DNA of 63,994 bases, filler included, from Octopus bimaculoides (GCF_001194135.2; 5 parts of 5 records of this genome joined end to end with filler, not necessarily neighbours in it), one strand, 5' to 3'; positions 1 to 11,981 are shown, numbered from the whole stretch's first letter. A program made the numbers and translations. The notes: generated by a model not told the origin, from the letters alone.

Positions 1-3
1 ATC

Positions 4-366
4 TGTAGTAACGCCGTGCGCATGCATAGTCTCACGCATGCGTGGAATTAAACAAGCAAGCGTTCCCGCTTAATTCTATCTCTTTTACAGTCGGCCGACC
101 ATGAGCATTGGACGTGTTAAGCTGTCTCTCTACACCTTTCGGACTTACACTCGACAGCTCGCTTGCAACTACATACCCACGTCCCAACAACTATGCTCAT
201 ACACACAGAAGCTGTAACAACAAGAACTAAAGATGTATATATTTACCACCTGAATAAATGTTGTTTAAGTTGATAGTCTGGAGTTCAGCGTTCCGTTATA
301 TTCTCTAATTTTATAGTAGGAAAGTCAGGTATACATCTAAAGATGTATAACCCACTTTCTACTAAA
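4..366 (+). mobile_element. Solo LTR (Gypsy-like), copy 1
   Basis: Starts TGTAGTAACGCC and ends CTACTAAA. Contains AATAAA plus a GT-rich tract near 253. Right flank CATC matches the visible left flank ATC (4-bp TSD, first base outside the window). Homologous to 10125-10451 in reverse. Confidence 0.7.
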
Positions 367-1701
367 CATCCTTCAAAATCAGGGACTGGAGAACTCCAGT
401 ATCCTGGACTTATAAGTGACACAGAACCTTTGTAAACAAAAGGTAAAAACTCCTTTCAAACTATAAAATCTGGGGGGGTTTACAAACAAGACTCTCCTTA
501 GAACCACCCAAAAAGAAAGGCTTAGGTACAACAGACACAAAAGCAATTGAGGAACCTGTGGGCTGATTTTTATACTTAACTTTGGGACATGCGAAAATCA
601 AATGACTCAGCCTCTTATAATATGCACAAACAGGACCAAAACCAGTGGAAGTCCCAGAGCTGCCTGTCCAAAAAATTTTAACTTGTTCTATTAACACTGG
701 AACATGCATAACCTGAACTACCACTCAGGGAAAAACACTTTGGACCAGAAGATGACCTCAACAACCGAAAAGAATTCCTATGAGTCAAATAATAGTCATC
801 TGCCAACATAGCAGCATTATGCAAAATATCAGATTTTTGTTCATCTAAATAAACCTTGAGGTCAGAATGAATACTTTGTTTAAATTCTTCCATTAGAATT
901 AGCTGTTTCAAACTATCAAAATCTGACCTCCTTAGAACTACACCACCTATCAAACAAAGTTTCTTTCTCCCTAGCAAACTCTACAAAAGTCTCATTGTCC
1001 CTTTTATGAGCATTCCTAAACTTTTGACAGTAAGCTTTGGGCATTAACTCGTAAGCTTTCAGAAGGGTCCTTTTAACCAGTTCATAATCTGAACTATGCT
1101 TCACAGATAAAGCCAGAAATGTGTCTTGTGCCTTACCTTTTAACACCGTTTGCAGCAGCATAGTCCATGATTCTTTGGGCCACTTGAGGTTTTCAGCAAC
1201 CTTTTCAAAATGCAGGAAATATTTGTATACCTCTTTTGCATTGAAATGGTTGGGGGTGGGGACCAGTCTGGTGTGCCTCACAACATCGAAAGAGAAAGGG
1301 TATGAAAAGAAGCTTCCAGTTTTTTAAGTTCAATCTCTTTTTCTTTTTCTAATTTTTAAAGTTCAGTTTCTTTTTCTGATTTTTTCAACTCTAATTGAAT
1401 CTCGAGCCTTTTTATCTCCAAATGGTCTGAAGGTTCCTCTTTCACCACTTCCAAAACATCATGTTTCATCGATGAAGTAATTCAAGACAATTTTCAGCAG
1501 GTTTAGCCTCAAGTTTAAAATGTGTAGAAATTTTCAATAGATCCAATTTGCACAAAGCACAGACCATCTCAGAGGTAGGAGACTTAAGAAAATCCTTTAG
1601 TTTAAATGCTATTTTTTTCTTTTTCTTTTTATATGTTGGTTTCACAGTTAGCTTGCTTACAAAAGGAAAGAAAAGGAGGAAATGCAAAAAAATGCAATGG
1701 A

Positions 1702-1739
<38 letters not shown>

Positions 1740-1927
1740 TCCTTCTCTCTCTCTCTGTCCTTCTCTCTCTCTGTCCTTCTCTCTCTCTCTGTCCTTCTCT
1801 CTCACTCTCTTTCTCCCCACTTTTTTTTGTTTACAAAGTGTCTCTAATGAATTCAATCGTTCAACATCTAGATCACAAAACATCTTGCAGAATTCATCCA
1901 TTCAGATGCCAGATGAGGCCCCAATTT
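367..1927 (-). mobile_element. Degenerate Gypsy (Gmr1-like) gag and start of protease region
   Basis: Frameshifted pieces read EVYKYFLHFEKVAENLKWPKESWTMLLQTVLKGKAQ...KAYELMPKAYCQKFR...FAREKETLFDRWC, DFDSLKQLILMEEFK...LADDYYLTH, a decayed zinc knuckle CAYYKRLSHLIFAC, and KEFLPFVYKGSVSL. A (GA)n tract interrupts it at about 1700-1815. Confidence 0.85.
1906..1923 (-). promoter_or_regulatory. Primer-binding site, tRNA-Pro-like
   Basis: Minus strand TGGGGCCTCATCTGGCAT matches 14/18 of the tRNA-Pro PBS TGGGGGCTCGTCCGGGAT. It lies 4 nt after a ...TAACA LTR-like end and just upstream of gag. Confidence 0.6.
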
Positions 1928-3470
1928 TGTTATGGGTTAGACAAAGGCAACAGCAAATAAAACAACACAACCCGTAGGATTTTATATGAGTAGTGATAAA
2001 TGGCATAAAATACACAGCTCAAAGTTGTTATAATCATTTGAGTCCAAAACACAAGCCGTCACAAATAGTTTGAATATACCAGATCATCCCTTAAGTTCTG
2101 TCCGAATTTTGAATAAAGAAAACAAGTGATCAAATGTTATATTTAATTGAAATTTAATCATCAATGTACTTTCTCTGATTATCTATGACTTCCTTCTATC
2201 TATTTACAAGCTTTTTAATCCCATCAATGTAAAACTCTTTTGGTTTCAAAGCGAAGAACTCTGAAATGTCAGTTTCGACCTCCTCCTGTCTTGCGAAAGT
2301 TATGTCCCCCAAATGATTCTGTAAATTATGAAACAAATGGTAGTCTGAAGGAGCAAGGTCAGGAGAATAAGGTGGATGAGGAATTTTTTCCCAACCAAAC
2401 TCTTTGATCTTCTGTGATGTGATCTTTGCAGTGTGGGGTCACGCATTGTCCTGATGAAACATCACTCCTTTTCGATTCACTAAAGTGGGGCTTTTTTTCT
2501 TCAAAGCTTGGTTCAAACGCTCTAATTGCTGACAGTAGACTTGAGCATTGATCGTTGCATTAGGTGGTAATAATTTAAAGTGAATTACTCCTTTGCAATC
2601 CCACTAGATAGAGAGAAGAACCTTTTTCCCATGAAGTTCCCTTCTCGGTTGTGGTTGAGCTTTTTCCCTTTTACCAAGCCACTGTTTACGACATTTAACA
2701 TTTTGATAGAAGATCCATTTTTCATCACCTGTCACAAGTCTATCCAAAAAGGGTGAAATGAGATCGTGAGAGAAGAGCAGATGTCAACTTTGAGATTTGT
2801 AGTTGCTTTCGGACAATTCATGAGGCACCCATTTTCCAAGTTTAGGAACCTTTCCAAGTTGTTGAAGATGACGATGAACAGTTGTATGGTTTGAACTAAG
2901 CTGTATTGTCAATTCTTCAACTGATAATGCATGATTTTCTTCAAGTAATGCCTCAAGGAGCTTATCACCAAACTCAACTGGACATCCCATTCGATCTTCA
3001 TCTTCAAGGCTGAAATCTCCACTTCTGAATTTTGCAAACTATCTTCTGCAAGTTCTTTCATTCAAGCATTCTTTCCTATAAACTGAGTGTTTGTTTCAAG
3101 TCACTTCGGCTACAGAATTTCCTTTTTTGTACTCATAAAGCATTATGTGCCTTAAATGCTCTTTGGATACTTCCATGTTAGAAAGGGTTTTAATCAAAGA
3201 AATTTTAATTCCATTTTTCTGTAAAATAATATATAATTAGTTTAAATGTACACAAATGCATAAAAATAATTTTTAATTCCATTAGACATTCTAAAATACT
3301 ATTAAATTTTATTCAATTTAAAAAAAGGTAAAATCGGACAGAACTTATGGGATGACCTGATATATATCAGTTCTTAATGACAGATGGATTTCTTTGTTTC
3401 ATTGCGTATCCTCAAAAGGCAATCAAAATAGAAGGGTTGTTTACAGTTTATGTTGTTTGCAGTAGTAACA
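1928..3470 (-). mobile_element. Probable 5' LTR of the Gmr1-like element, split by the mariner insertion
   Basis: TGTTA at 1928 and TAACA at 3470 give about 260 bp once the mariner is removed. The right boundary is uncertain. Confidence 0.35.
2079..3360 (-). mobile_element. Full-length but decayed mariner (Tc1/mariner) transposon
   Basis: TIRs CCAGATCATCCCTTAAGTTCTGTCCGA and TCGGACAGAACTTATGGGATGACCTGA, TA on both flanks, about 1.28 kb. Transposase fragment ...HRHLQQLGKVPKLGKWVPHELSE carries the WVPHEL motif. Confidence 0.92.
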
Positions 3471-4000
3471 AACCCTTCAAGGGAAATAGAGTGGCAGAGA
3501 AGAAAGAAGAAGGAAGACAGAATGATACTTTGTTCTGCCTGTCATTTCAGCAGCAGTGGAGAAAGACAGGATTTCACTTGTCATTCTAAAGTGAGCCCCT
3601 GAAAGAGTAAATAAAGCATTTGTCATCTGTCTGGTCATGCTCATCTCTTCACAACTCCCTTTGCTAACTGACTTTGGCTTGCTAATTTTCTGTATTTAAA
3701 ATGATTGCAACACAGCAAGAAAGAGAGGCATATCACTCTCAAAACAATGGGAACTGTGGTAGGTATCTTCCTTATCTCCTGTCAACTATTGTTTGTATAG
3801 GAGGGGTCGAGTGGAGAATACATAAATCAGCTTGGCATAGGTCATGTGTTGAGTGTCTCAGCTGTCAATGTTTGTCTCTCCATGAGAAAGTGCTGTGGCA
3901 CATCAAAAGGGAATTCTGTAGATTCAGGTTCGAATGAATATACCTAAATGAAAATCCACTTTACTTTTTTCTTGCCAAGTAAAACATTTTTGTAACAATA

Positions 4001-4396
4001 TATACACAACAAAAAAGAAAATGGAGATTGGGAAGTTTTTAATTGTTTATTATTTACAGCAAATTAATCATCATCCTTTTTAATACTCCCAATTAATTCT
4101 CAGTAACTATTAAGTAAATATTAAATTTGTATGACCTGAGCATAGTATCTTCAGAAGGTAAAAAATATACCCTTGGATGTTTTATATGTGCTTATGGATA
4201 TCATTCAGGCTGCTATAATGAATCCATAAACACATATAAAACATCCAAGGGTATATTTTTTTCCCTCTGAAGATATTACGCTCAGGTCATATAAATTTAA
4301 TATTTACTGAATATTAATTGAAACAGTTGTAAGAGATGATGATTTAATAAACAATTATCAACTTCCCAATCTCCATTTTCTTTTTCTTCTTTTATA
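4001..4396. mobile_element. Fold-back/palindromic MITE-like element
   Basis: Arms are inverted along almost the whole length, e.g. AAAAATATACCCTTGGATGTTTTATATGTG vs CACATATAAAACATCCAAGGGTATATTTTT, and AAAAGAAAATGGAGATTGGGAAG vs CTTCCCAATCTCCATTTTCTTTT. Centre near 4210. Confidence 0.8.
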
Positions 4397-4429
4397 TGAA
4401 TATAAACTGTTTATATATATATATATATA

Positions 4430-4858
4430 CTAGCAGAGATACCCGGTGTTGAGACTTTTCTGTTATATTTTCTGTAAGGAACTGGAATACATATGATTCG
4501 AATTTCATCAAAATTGCACATGAGGGTTCTTTCCCTCTTTACACACCCTAAAAAAATTCTAATCATGAGACATGTATCCCATACTATTGATCTTTATGCG
4601 CATATTCCAAAATATCAGTCTTCTGGAACCTGTAAAAAGGATTTTGCTCCTGAAAAATGGAGCTTATGGAGCTGAAGAATGTTGGAGTTAAGGCCCCTAT
4701 TGGGGGTGGGTGTGTTAATGTCAAACAGAGAAGTTGAATTGTTGGGAATCTTTTTAACTTGGGTCTAATATGTATTGTTTGAATGTCTTTGAAATAGGAA
4801 ATATATGTATGTTCACTGGGTTTGTAAAAGAGAGCAAAGGTACAGGAAACCAAAAGAT
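4430..4858 (+). mobile_element. Possible Helitron/Helentron-like non-autonomous repeat fragment
   Basis: Begins ACTAGCAGAGATACCCGG directly after a (TA)n tract, resembling the starts of such elements. No coding evidence. Confidence 0.3.
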
Positions 4859-5129
4859 NNNNNNNNNNNNNNNNNNNNNNNNNNNNNNNNNNAAAGACGA
4901 ATGATCACAATAAGCAGTCAGCTACCCTAGCCTAGTGGTTACTACTCCCCAGTGTAGGATTCCTCACCATACAGGTGACAGGCACAGCTGTAAGATGCAT
5001 TACGAATCTATAGCAATTGGAAGGGCATGACCCAATTGAAATAACAACGTGTGATGTTTGGAGTAAAGGGAAATGAAAGTGTCGCCTCTGGAGTTTGCAA
5101 ATGACCACTATACCGACAGGTAACTGTGC

Positions 5130-5350
5130 AGAAAAAAATTACAATCAATAAATGTCTTAGAACAACCAGTCACTCATCTGGGAAGGCCTTGAAATCAATG
5201 TTGCCAACTGGGGAGTATGTGTGTCCCAGTGATAATAAAAAGACGGAAAGGAGGTCTGCAACGAAATAATTTTACTGAACACTTTGCAAGTGAATCAGTG
5301 GAGGCAAAGATGCGTCTCATTTACTTGACAATTTATGCACCACATTGAAG
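5130..5350 (+). mobile_element. RTE-like LINE RT 3' fragment
   Basis: Frameshifted NKCLR...IWEGLEINVANW resembles the RTE C-terminal NKCLRxIxxIxW motif. Confidence 0.4.
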
Positions 5351-5729
5351 AAATCACAATGTAGGTATATCTGAAAGGATAGCCTTACACTGTTGTACCG
5401 TTGAATTACAAATAATGCTCATCTGTTATGTTCGGATGACCCTATAGCTTCCAATGGTACAACTGTATTCGTCTTTGCTTAGGAAAAATGACTAAATTGT
5501 GGGTGTGAAGTCCCCATGAAGGGGTCTTTGTAACTTCTAAAAAGAAGAAATTTTAGAAATATCACTTTATTTGTGTGTAATATGTATATGGTTAAAATTT
5601 CATCAACATCAAAAATATATGAATTTTCATGGGGGTTATGGCCATTATGCATAGAATATAATTTCCAAATTTCATAAAGATCCATTCAGTACTTTTGACA
5701 TAGTTTTGGATAAAAAAACAAATGACTAA

Positions 5730-5882
5730 TGTGTGTGTTTGTGTGTATGTGTGTGTGTATGGGTGTATATATGTATAGATATCTGTATGCATGTATATAT
5801 GTGTGCATGTTACATGTACATCTATATATATATATACATGTACACATATGTATACATATACATGTATGCATATAGATCTGTA

Positions 5883-5918
<36 letters not shown>

Positions 5919-6100
5919 CGTGTACATATACATCTATATGTATACATGTATACATATACATCTGTCTCTCTCTCTCTCTATATATATATACATGTATATG
6001 GATCCATTTGTGCAGATATATATATATGCATGTATGTATGTATATATATATGCTTGTATGTATGTATATATGTATGTATGCCTGTATATATGTGAGAGTA
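5730..6100. repeat. Compound (TG)/(TA)/(CATA) microsatellite
   Basis: Direct inspection. Its last ~50 bp recur on the other side of the gap at about 6679-6730. Confidence 0.9.
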
Positions 6101-6830
6101 TAGTTTCACTGTAGTAGATTCAGTATGGAAATGAAACCATTAAAGTGAAAGTATCTGTCATTACAGTATCGAAATGTGATTGTTTCAGTTAGTGGAATAG
6201 TTTCATTTTTAAAGTGAAAGTATTTGNNNNNNNNNNNNNNNNNNNNNNNNNNNNNNNNNNNNNNNNNNNNNNNNNNNNNNNNNNNNNNNNNNNNNNNNNN
6301 NNNNNNNNNNNNNNNNNNNNNNNNNNNNNNNNNNNNNNNNNNNNNNNNNNNNNNNNNNNNNNNNNNNNNNNNNNNNNNNNNNNNNNNNNNNNNNNNNNNN
6401 NNNNNNNNNNNNNNNNNNNNNNNNNNNNNNNNNNNNNNNNNNNNNNNNNNNNNNNNNNNNNNNNNNNNNNNNNNNNNNNNNNNNNNNNNNNNNNNNNNNN
6501 NNNNNNNNNNNNNNNNNNNNNNNNNNNNNNNNNNNNNNNNNNNNNNNNNNNNNNNNNNNNNNNNNNNNNNNNNNNNNNNNNNNNNNNNNNNNNNNNNNNN
6601 NNNNNNNNNNNNNNNNNNNNNNNNNNNNNNNNNNNNNNNNNNNNNNNNNNNNNNNNNNNNNNNNNNNNNNNNNNNNNNTGCTTGTATGTATGTATATATG
6701 TATGTATGCCTGTATATATGTGAGAGTATATATATATATATATACATACTCCCTAACTACCTATATGTATGTGTGTGTCTGTGCGCGCATGTGTGCATGT
6801 GTATATTTATATATATCTATCTATATATAG

Positions 6831-7085
6831 TGGAGGCGCATGGCTTAGTGGTTAGGGTGTCAGCATCATGATCGTACGATTGTGGTTTCAATTCATGGAC
6901 CAGGCGACGTGTTGTGTTCTTGAGCAAAACACTTTATTTCATGTTGCTCCAGTCCACTCAGCTGGCAAAAATGAGTAATGCTGTGATGGACTGGGGTCCC
7001 GTCCAGCTGAGAAACACATATGCCATTGAAACCGGGAAACCGGGCCCATGAGCCTGGCTACACTTTAAAAGGGGGCATTTATTTA
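6831..7085 (+). mobile_element. tRNA-derived SINE (family C)
   Basis: A-box-like TGGCTTAGTGGTTAGG and B-box-like GGTTTCAATTC, followed by TTGAGCAAAACACTTTATTTCATGTTGCTCCAGTCCACTCAGCTGGCAAAAATGAGT, which also occurs near 53010-53070. Confidence 0.75.
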
Positions 7086-7088
7086 TTA

Positions 7089-7135
<47 letters not shown>

Positions 7136-7335
7136 AGATCCAAGGATTGAGGTGTAGGAAGAAAGTTAGCTTCTAGCAATCTGTAGTAAATATAAAAAAC
7201 AGCTTTCGGGAACAAAAGTGGTCCATTGAGGCAGAAGGTTGTGGATTTTTCATATCAAAGTATGATGGGTTAAAAAATTTTTTTTTATATTTTATGGTAG
7301 GCAACCAGAGTTGCCAGGTATGCGAATAAGAATAA

Positions 7336-7535
7336 GAATTAAAGAGTGGAGTAGATAAGATCTGGGCTACATATGTTTCATAGTGAGCAGATCTTTGGAT
7401 GTGGTAAATATCCAGATACCTTTGGCCCGACAAGTAGCCTGCAGTATACATCTTGCTTGGATATTTACCACTTCTAAAGTTCTGCTAGCTATGAAACATA
7501 TGTAGCCCGGATCTTATCTACTCCATTTCTTAACT
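7336..7535. mobile_element. Small palindromic MITE-like element
   Basis: GAGTAGATAAGATCTGGGCTACATATGTTTCATAG pairs with CTATGAAACATATGTAGCCCGGATCTTATCTACTC, and inner TGGTAAATATCCA pairs with TGGATATTTACCA. Confidence 0.75.
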
Positions 7536-7536
7536 C

Positions 7537-9110
7537 ATCATCATCATCATCATTTAGCATCCACCTTCCATGCTAGCATGGATGGGACGGTTTCACAAGA
7601 GCCAGCCAGACAGAAGCCTGCATCAGACTTCTGTTTTGGCAGAATTTTTACAGCTGGTTGCTCTTCCTAACACCAACCACTCAACAGAGTGGACTTAGTG
7701 CTTTTTACATAGCACATGTACAGGCAAGGTCAGTTTTGGCAAGGTTTTTACAGATGGATGTCCTTCCAAACACCAACCACTTTACAGTGTGGACTCAGTG
7801 CTTTTAAGTGGCACCTGCACTGAGAGGGTCACCCAGTACTTGCAAGACAAAAAAACTTTCAAGAGGGGAGGGGGAATTGGAGGAGATGATCTTGTGTTAG
7901 ATAATGAAAGGTTATAGTGAGATAAAGAGACAGAAACGGGTGTCTTGCTGTAGAGGAAGTAAAAGGTTACCTGGCCAGGGAGAGAGAGATCAGGAATGAA
8001 GACAGAAACTGGTGCATTACCACAAAGGAAATACTTGGTTACCCAACCTGAGGGAAGTGCAGGAGAAGGAGAGACAGAGTGGAAGGCAGCAGGATAGAAA
8101 TGGTGGGAAAATGCCAGGCATATATGCACAAGGAACAAGGATCAGAATATAAATAGAATGGTTTGAGTCAAGAAAGAGAGATGATGGCAAGTGCAGGGCA
8201 TATCCTTGAAGTTTGAATGCCATAATATAAGTGGCAGGGTATTGAGAAGGAAGTGTGATTAAAGAGTACAGAGGGTGGGGGAGTGAGTGACAAAACCTGG
8301 ATGTATGTAGAGTTGGAGGGGGGGGGGGCTACTGGATAGCAATGATAGGGCTGTGAGGACAGGATTGGGGAGTGAGAGCTAGGCATAGTGTATGAAGGAG
8401 GAAATGTGAGGAAGAGAAGATCTGTGAAGATGTAGATTGGTTTGATGGGGTAAGGTGAGGGAAAAGTTTTCTTGTTACGTGTGGGTAGAACACACAGGTT
8501 GGGGGCTAGCAAATGGCAATAATACAGTGAGATAGGGCATGTGGGTGGAACACACAGGTCGGGAGCTAGTGGAGAGCAATGCTATAGTGACACAGGGCCA
8601 AGTGGACAGGATTGGGGAGTGGGAGGTAAGCTTAATGCATGAACCAGAAATGTGAGGAAGAGAAAAGATGTAGTTTGGTTTGTTGTGGTAGTGCATGCAA
8701 GAAGTTTTCATGTTAAGTGTGGGTGGGACACACTGTGCTTCTAGACCTCAGTTTCATTGATGTGGGCGGGTCTTCTCTAGAACTTCACATCACCAGACAT
8801 CTTGGTCCATCGTCATTTCCTCCATGAGGCCCAATATCCTAAGTTTGGTCCTTACCACTTGATGATCCCACGTCTTCCAGGGTCTCCCTCTTCTGTAGAT
8901 ACCATCCACTTTCAGCAATTAACATTTCTTTATGCAGCTGTCCTCATTCATACACATCACATGTCCGAACCAATGTAGTCTTCTCTCTTGCATGCTACAT
9001 TTGATTCCTCTTATGCCCTACTTTTCTTTCAATGCATTTGCACTTTGCCATACATGTGCACTGATATTGCACATCCAACGTTGTCAAACAACGAGAGTGA
9101 GTGCTCAACA
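7537..9110 (-). mobile_element. RTE-like LINE 3' end with long internally repeated 3' UTR and (ATG)n tail
   Basis: Minus strand about 8760-9020 reads GIRGIKCSMQERRLHWFGHVMCMNEDSCIKKC*LLKVDGIYRRGRPWKTW. The (CAT)n tail is at about 7537-7552. Confidence 0.7.
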
Positions 9111-9621
9111 CCACATTGGTGGATGGAATTTCTTTATTTGTGTATTAAGGTGACTATTAGTTTCATGTTAAAAAAATATTTTAATATTTTAACTATTTTC
9201 AAGTCAACCACATGAAGGAATGATGTTTGTCTCCATTTATGAATTTGCAGAAATTCTTGTAAAGCAAACAATAAATCAAGGATTACTACTCTTGGATGAC
9301 AGCTTTTGAGTGGTTATCTCCCCTGGATTTGACTTTTGGGAAAACTGTCGTATTGGACCGTAAATTCGTTTGCATTATCTTATATTATATTCTGGGAATA
9401 TGTGATGTTTGTGTGCTGAGGTAGTTCATCATAGGGGCATATTTCTTTTGTGTGTGGAGTTTGTGTGTTGCATATATTCAATTTTCATATTCAGGGAAAG
9501 AAGCTGTTCTTTCAGATTGTTGTGCACTGTTATCACAGCAGTAAATAAAATCATTGTATATGCCCTAAATTCCCCCTGTTTGCACAGCTCTGCATTGAGA
9601 ATGATAAAGATTTTGAACTAT

Positions 9622-9984
9622 TGTTACTGCATTCAGAAATTTAATGGATGGTAAAGGGAAACTGCCTGCAAGTTCCTATTCCCTGACGCCTTAATAGCAG
9701 ACGACATATCCGGAAAGCTTATCCACGCATGCACAGGGACTAGTTCCGGAAGGAACACAGGAAGAGTCTCATGCGCATGCGTAGTCATCGATATCCAAGC
9801 TTTGCGCCCTTATTCATTCTCTTTCTCGCCGGCTGGCGAAGAGCCCAGACGTACAAGCAGTCTCTCTCCAACATTCCAACTCTGGAGCTAGACAAATAAC
9901 CACTCAACATCATTGACGGCGTCTCAGCAACCAAATGGGCGAAGTGCTGCCTATTTCCTCCGTAAATAAATATTGTTGTGTTGA
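9622..9984 (+). mobile_element. LTR-like sequence related to the solo-LTR family, running into a gap
   Basis: Starts TGTTAC. Shares TGCGCATGCGTAGTC, TTCATTCTCTTTCTCGC and AAATAAAT(A/G)TTGTT with the 10125-10451 LTR. Confidence 0.55.
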
Positions 9985-10124
9985 NNNNNNNNNNNNNNNN
10001 NNNNNNNNNNNNNNNNNNNNNNNNNNNNNNNNNNNNNNNNNNNNNNNNNNNNNNNNNNNNNNNNNNNNNNNNNNNNNNNNNNNNNNCATTAACTTCAAGC
10101 AAGACCCACAAAGCTCAATGAAAT

Positions 10125-10451
10125 TTTAGTAGAAAGTGGGTTATACATCTTTAGATTGTATACCTGACTTTCTACTATAAAATTAAAGAAATAGACGGAA
10201 TGCTGAACTCCAGACTAAACAACTTAAACAACATTTATTTACTTGGTAAAACATACATATCTTTAGTTATACATCTTTAGAGGTGAGAATAACGAGCTGT
10301 CGAGTATAAGACCGAAAGATGTAGAGACAGCTTTAAACACACGTCCTTGCTCAATCGCTGGCCAGCGAGAAAGAGAATGAATTGAGCGGGAGACGCTTGC
10401 TTTATTAATTCTACGCATGCGTAAGACTACGCATGCGCAGGCGTTACTACA
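10125..10451 (-). mobile_element. Solo LTR (Gypsy-like), copy 2
   Basis: Reverse-complement homolog of 4-366. Perfect 4-bp TSD AAAT at 10121-10124 and 10452-10455. Confidence 0.78.
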
Positions 10452-11813
10452 AAATCAATTTGCAACTGCAAGGAAATCTCTGTTTCTACTGTTCACACCA
10501 GGATGAGCTGCAAAGAGGTATCTGACAGACTTCAAGATATTAATTTTTGCTTAAAATACCAGTTTATATATCAGTAAAGAGGAAACAAGGATGATGGAGG
10601 AAGAACTGGTTTCACTTTAAAATAGTATTAAGCTGGGGTCAAAGTTAAAAAAATCATATCAGGATTTTTGTTGAAAATGAGTGAGTAAAGCTCATGTGCG
10701 ACATGACTATCTTTACAGACAGCTGTGTGGAGTATAATTACCCTCATATCACAATTGTACACGATGACACACATGAATAGGTGATAATAAACATTGTTGT
10801 TCTTGCTGATTTGATTTTTGAAATTACCAAGTGTGAAGGTAGACAAATACCAGGATTTGGTGAGCTAGGTACAGGAAATACATCAAGTAATGGTCAAAGT
10901 TGCCTCTTTTCTTATTGGTGCACTTAAAACAATTTGAGATAAAATCTGAATGCAGTACCTGAGATCTTAGGCATACCAGATATATTAAGGAGTACACAAA
11001 TGGCTGTGGTACTTGGAACAACTCATGTGCTGAGGATGATGTTGTGCCTGGGAGCTGTGGACATGAGCTGACCATAAAAGATCTATGCAGTGGAACACAA
11101 CAGCAACAATAATAATGCAGTGGCAATGCCGATGCAATACCATTCTTTCAATCACTAAACCAGCAACCTTACCAAGTGCTGGCCTACTAAGGAGGCTCAC
11201 TGCACACCTTCTTCATGTAGACCCACTAAAGCTACCTATTATTCTTAATGTGTCTTATCACTCAGATCTTATTCTAAACACTTTGCTTTTCCTTCCTTAA
11301 GATTGCAACCCTCTGGAAGTCACTTGCTGCATATATATTTTCTATCGACTTCAACCTACAACTGTTCAGTTTGAACATTAATCACATCAATCTCACATGT
11401 CGCTCAGAGGAACTGATATTGTTAGGTACACTGTCTCTCCACCTTTTGTTAACTTGTTTTAAAAAGCCCTTGTGCACCTGAAAAGTAAATTTATGTAACA
11501 CCTTAGGGTTGTCTAAAGGCAAGTTTATTACTACTGAAAATATATTAATGAAACATGATGATGGAAACATATAGATGGAAACATTAAACAATCTTCTTAT
11601 GCATTACTATCTTTTACTGATCATATTTCTAAAAACAATATGTGCATTTTAATTGATTTTCAAAATCATGAAGAAAATAGCTGAAATTAATTTTATATTG
11701 GTATATCATAAATTGATGTTGAAACATTGATTGTTCTTAAATAGAACCATGGTTAAAATTGGATGAGTTAATTACTAAAGCATTAACAACTGATTCTTTT
11801 TTTTCTTTTTCAG

Positions 11814-11981
11814 ATTCCAGAAAATCATATTCTTCATATTGGAGTTACAGTCTAATCATAATAATTGTTGTAACAACCTTTATTATTCTGTCATTGTGCT
11901 TATTTTTCATATTTGTTTGCAAGATTCGCAGAATTCGACTAACTTCCAGACGAAATTCATTTGCATTATCTTCTGTTGGGG
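11814..11981 (+). CDS. Internal exon encoding the transmembrane segment of a single-pass PPxY-tail membrane protein
   Basis: Polypyrimidine tract plus CAG acceptor and GTAAG donor, phase 1-1. Reads DSRKSYSSYWSYSLIIIIVVTTFIILSLCLFFIFVCKIRRIRLTSRRNSFALSSVG: a hydrophobic helix followed by a basic stop-transfer patch. Confidence 0.82.

Larger units (their letters stand above)
9250..11560 (-). mobile_element. Old CR1/L2-like LINE 5' part (ORF1 end plus APE endonuclease), interrupted by two LTRs
   Basis: Fragments LYSLIFNKNPDMIFLT, (IE)ALWVLLEVN and QHTNSTHKRNMPL resemble APE motifs in the expected order. Heavily decayed. Confidence 0.45.

Noticed and set aside
3701-3937. Signal-peptide-like MGTVVGIFLISCQLLFV and the adjacent ORF as the missing 5' exon of the PPxY gene
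   Set aside because: In-frame TAG follows, the phase-1 donor (G|GTATCT) is weak, and the minus strand looks like decayed LINE sequence.
4-10451. The two inverted ~350-bp repeats read as TIRs of one 10.4-kb transposon (ATC vs AAATC flank match)
   Set aside because: Each copy has its own 4-bp TSD and copy 2 interrupts an older LINE, so they are independent insertions.
10985-11110. Cys-rich + strand frame CGTWNNSCAEDDVVPGSCGHE... as an ectodomain exon
   Set aside because: No convincing splice sites, it ends in a stop, and it lies within a minus-strand LINE remnant.
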